Assembly: GCA_032718475.1 (NCBI GenBank)
Contig: JAUCBJ010009038.1
Coordinates: 1 to 32,508, forward strand
Length of the DNA: 32,508 nucleotides
Origin: Nemertoderma westbladi
Taxonomy: Eukaryota > Animalia > Xenacoelomorpha
Reading direction: 5' to 3'
Positions 30,075 through 32,508 of this stretch are shown piece after piece; position 1 is the stretch's first letter; every line of letters begins with the position of its first letter. The translations under genes and the position numbers were made by a program. The notes below the pieces were generated by a model. It was given only the letters and a program-made list of their open reading frames with translations, was not told the origin of the DNA and ran no database searches.

Positions 30075-30869
30075 CTGACGGTAAATAGCAGTATAAAATA
30101 ACAATGAAAACACTGATTGTTATGAGTTTGCAATGTTTCAGCAGTCAGCATGTATGATCAGTCAGCAGTCATCAGGTATGTTAAATTGCAGCAGTCCGCA
30201 GTCAGTTAAAGGATATATGCCCTTTATAATTAAACCTACTAGTGTACGACTAAAAAGCAGTACAGCACAAAAATACTTCCAAGCCGTTCTTTCTTTGGCT
30301 CAAGACTGAATGAAAACACTGCACATAGGCATTGCGTCATTTCTCGGAAATTTTCTGTACAAGGAGCCACAAAAACGCTCTCATTGGCTGACTGAACTGA
30401 GAGACGCCGTAGAACAAAGGAAATCAACACGTATGAATGTCAGCTGTTAACCGTAGTCATAGTAACTACTGTTCAAGAGTAGCTATCACCCCTTTGCGTC
30501 ACGAATTGCCATAGAATCACAAAATATGCCTTTCACAGTACACATACGGAGGAAATAGGTCTTAGATCCTCTAAAAACACCGATACAGCAATAATACGGT
30601 CTCTTACACTTATTAAATCAACTACAGAGTATTTTAATGTAAAAGATAATAAAAATAACGGGGCAATTCAGCAAAGGCTTTTACACCGCTCCCAGAAAAT
30701 GGGATTTTCAGTCTATAAAATATAAAAATCACAGTTTCTAAAACATAAAGATACTCTAAACAGTTAGTCTTTCTTACGCAGACGGCGTTTACGCAGTTTT
30801 TTGAGGCTAGCAAGAGTCTTTTTCTCTTTGGGGGGAGCCACTTTACTAGGAGGGCCATAACTCCTGGGT

Positions 30870-32049
30870 GAAGGGTGCAATATGATTGCATCAGAAGGTG
30901 TAGGATTGTGGTCGAGGTATCTGCCGTTTCGATATGCTTCTCCTCGAGCTGATTTTCCTCCGCTCGTAGCTGGATACGTTCATCCAAAAACTCTCGCAGA
31001 GAATAGGATCGTCCAAGTTCGACAACTTCTTAGAGATTCTGGATTTCCCAATCGAATTGAGATAAGGCCAATTCGTTTATCGATTGGACTCACTGTTATA
31101 ACTTACGTTTATCTGAACAAACGCAGGTTTCCTTTTTGATCTTTATAAAATAGCGTTTAACTCGTTTCGTACAACGCTCTCCTTCACCTTGATGAGGGGT
31201 TGTATCGCGTTAAACGTGGACGACCATACGGTTGGATAGTGATATTAGGTGTCCGCGTCACAATCCGGCTAGGTAAGATGGGCGGCTAGCTAGAAATCAC
31301 TGTCGGAGTGTTACCGATTAATTGTTAGGGTAGCACTAGATCTTTGAACAGTGAATACAGTCCGCGAGGATCCGCGACACCACCAAGATCGCAGGTCTGA
31401 GGTCCAACTAAGGAATGAGGAGGTTTGACCGAGTGTTCCGGGACTCTGATCGTAGGTTTACTCCAGGATCGTTCGAGCCGAGTGAGCATAGGTGATACGT
31501 CAACAAGTTTCGGTTTACGTGGATGTTTATGTCTTTCCGTTTATTAGTTGGGTCTAGGGCATTTATCGTAATAATACCAAAGACGCACGTCTGGTAGGGT
31601 AAACGCGGGTGATATTTATTTGTTGTTACAATGCTTCTATCAAGAATTCCAAATATACGTTGGAGTTACCGCGTCCATTTGTTTCTTAAGTGTCTTTTCT
31701 TTCGAATCGATTTCGAATAGAATTTTCGCATTCGAATTTCCGTTTATGGTTCCGACTCCGCTGGGCAGGATATATAGTCGACATAGTCCGTATTGTGTAA
31801 ATCGATAGGATGACCAGTAGTTAAGAAGCCCATATACATACCATTACGCCGCGTATATCGAGCAGCGAATTTTCTATAGTCCAACTCACGCGTGAGCTGC
31901 TCTTGGGACATTGGCGGTTCGATATAACGACCATCGTCCTCCGCAGCAGTTGGACTAACGTCGCCGCGTATTAAGCTATCAACAAGCGCTTGTAAAAGTA
32001 GAGTATATCGCTCCCCGATACCAAGACCATCTTCTATCAACTCCGTCAT
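30870..32049 (-). pseudogene. Decayed intronless coding-like region of unknown origin
   Basis: ORFs 32049-31744 and 30987-30634 are in the same frame. The region between has long open stretches broken by scattered stops and is CpG-rich relative to the introns. Confidence 0.35.
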
Positions 32050-32508
32050 ATCTGCTATATATGAGTTTATCCATATTATAATGAGTCCACATTTAGGCGA
32101 GCGGGCGTCGCTGCCTACTCCAATTAACCCCCGGACAGTACGAGATCCTCAGCGCCGATGTGTCGTCACCGCTGTACTTTCGCCAACGACGTAGCCGCAC
32201 AACGACAACGACAACCGGCACAAGTCACTCAACTGTCCGTCCCAAAGGCTTAGATGTACTTCAGGTTTTCCTTGGAGAGTTAGGTTACTTTACGATTGCG
32301 ACTTGCTACTGTAAACACACCTTAGTAGTAACATTCGCCTATAAGCTCACAAGTACCACACACACAACTTGTCACAAATTACACACACTCGGGTCACTTG
32401 TCCGTTAGTCAATGCCTTCCAGAATGTCACTGTATTATTATGTATCCTTGGATACTAGTAGTGTGCTATTTATTCCCTATGCTATTCAATGGGACAAGCT
32501 TTCTATTG

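Overview
This is eukaryotic DNA, probably from an invertebrate animal, not prokaryotic. It has three zones. (1) 1-3.4 kb: two intronless + strand ORFs of unknown function, a 430-aa protein with repeated PC4/PUR-like ssDNA-binding-type motifs and an acidic 146-aa protein. They are followed by stacked copies of a Helentron-like terminal motif. (2) 3.4-13.9 kb: a nest of non-LTR retrotransposons. It includes an apparently full-length CR1-group LINE (3777-10289) with ORF1, a 1.5-kb minisatellite spacer, an intact PHD-APE-RT ORF2, an (AAT)n tail and an 8-bp TSD. This LINE sits in the 3' UTR of an older antisense LINE, and two more decayed LINE fragments lie nearby. (3) 14.2-28.6 kb: eight in-phase GT-AG exons of a minus-strand HEATR4-like gene. 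The most striking feature is that two of its introns are almost entirely GC-rich tandem arrays (~3.3 kb and ~4.0 kb). Their repeat units are copies of the intron's own 5' splice site, and in one case of the exon end too, giving about 90-100 donor-like sites per intron. An in-frame stop lies just after the true donor in both introns. Family assignments come from motif recognition only; no searches were run.
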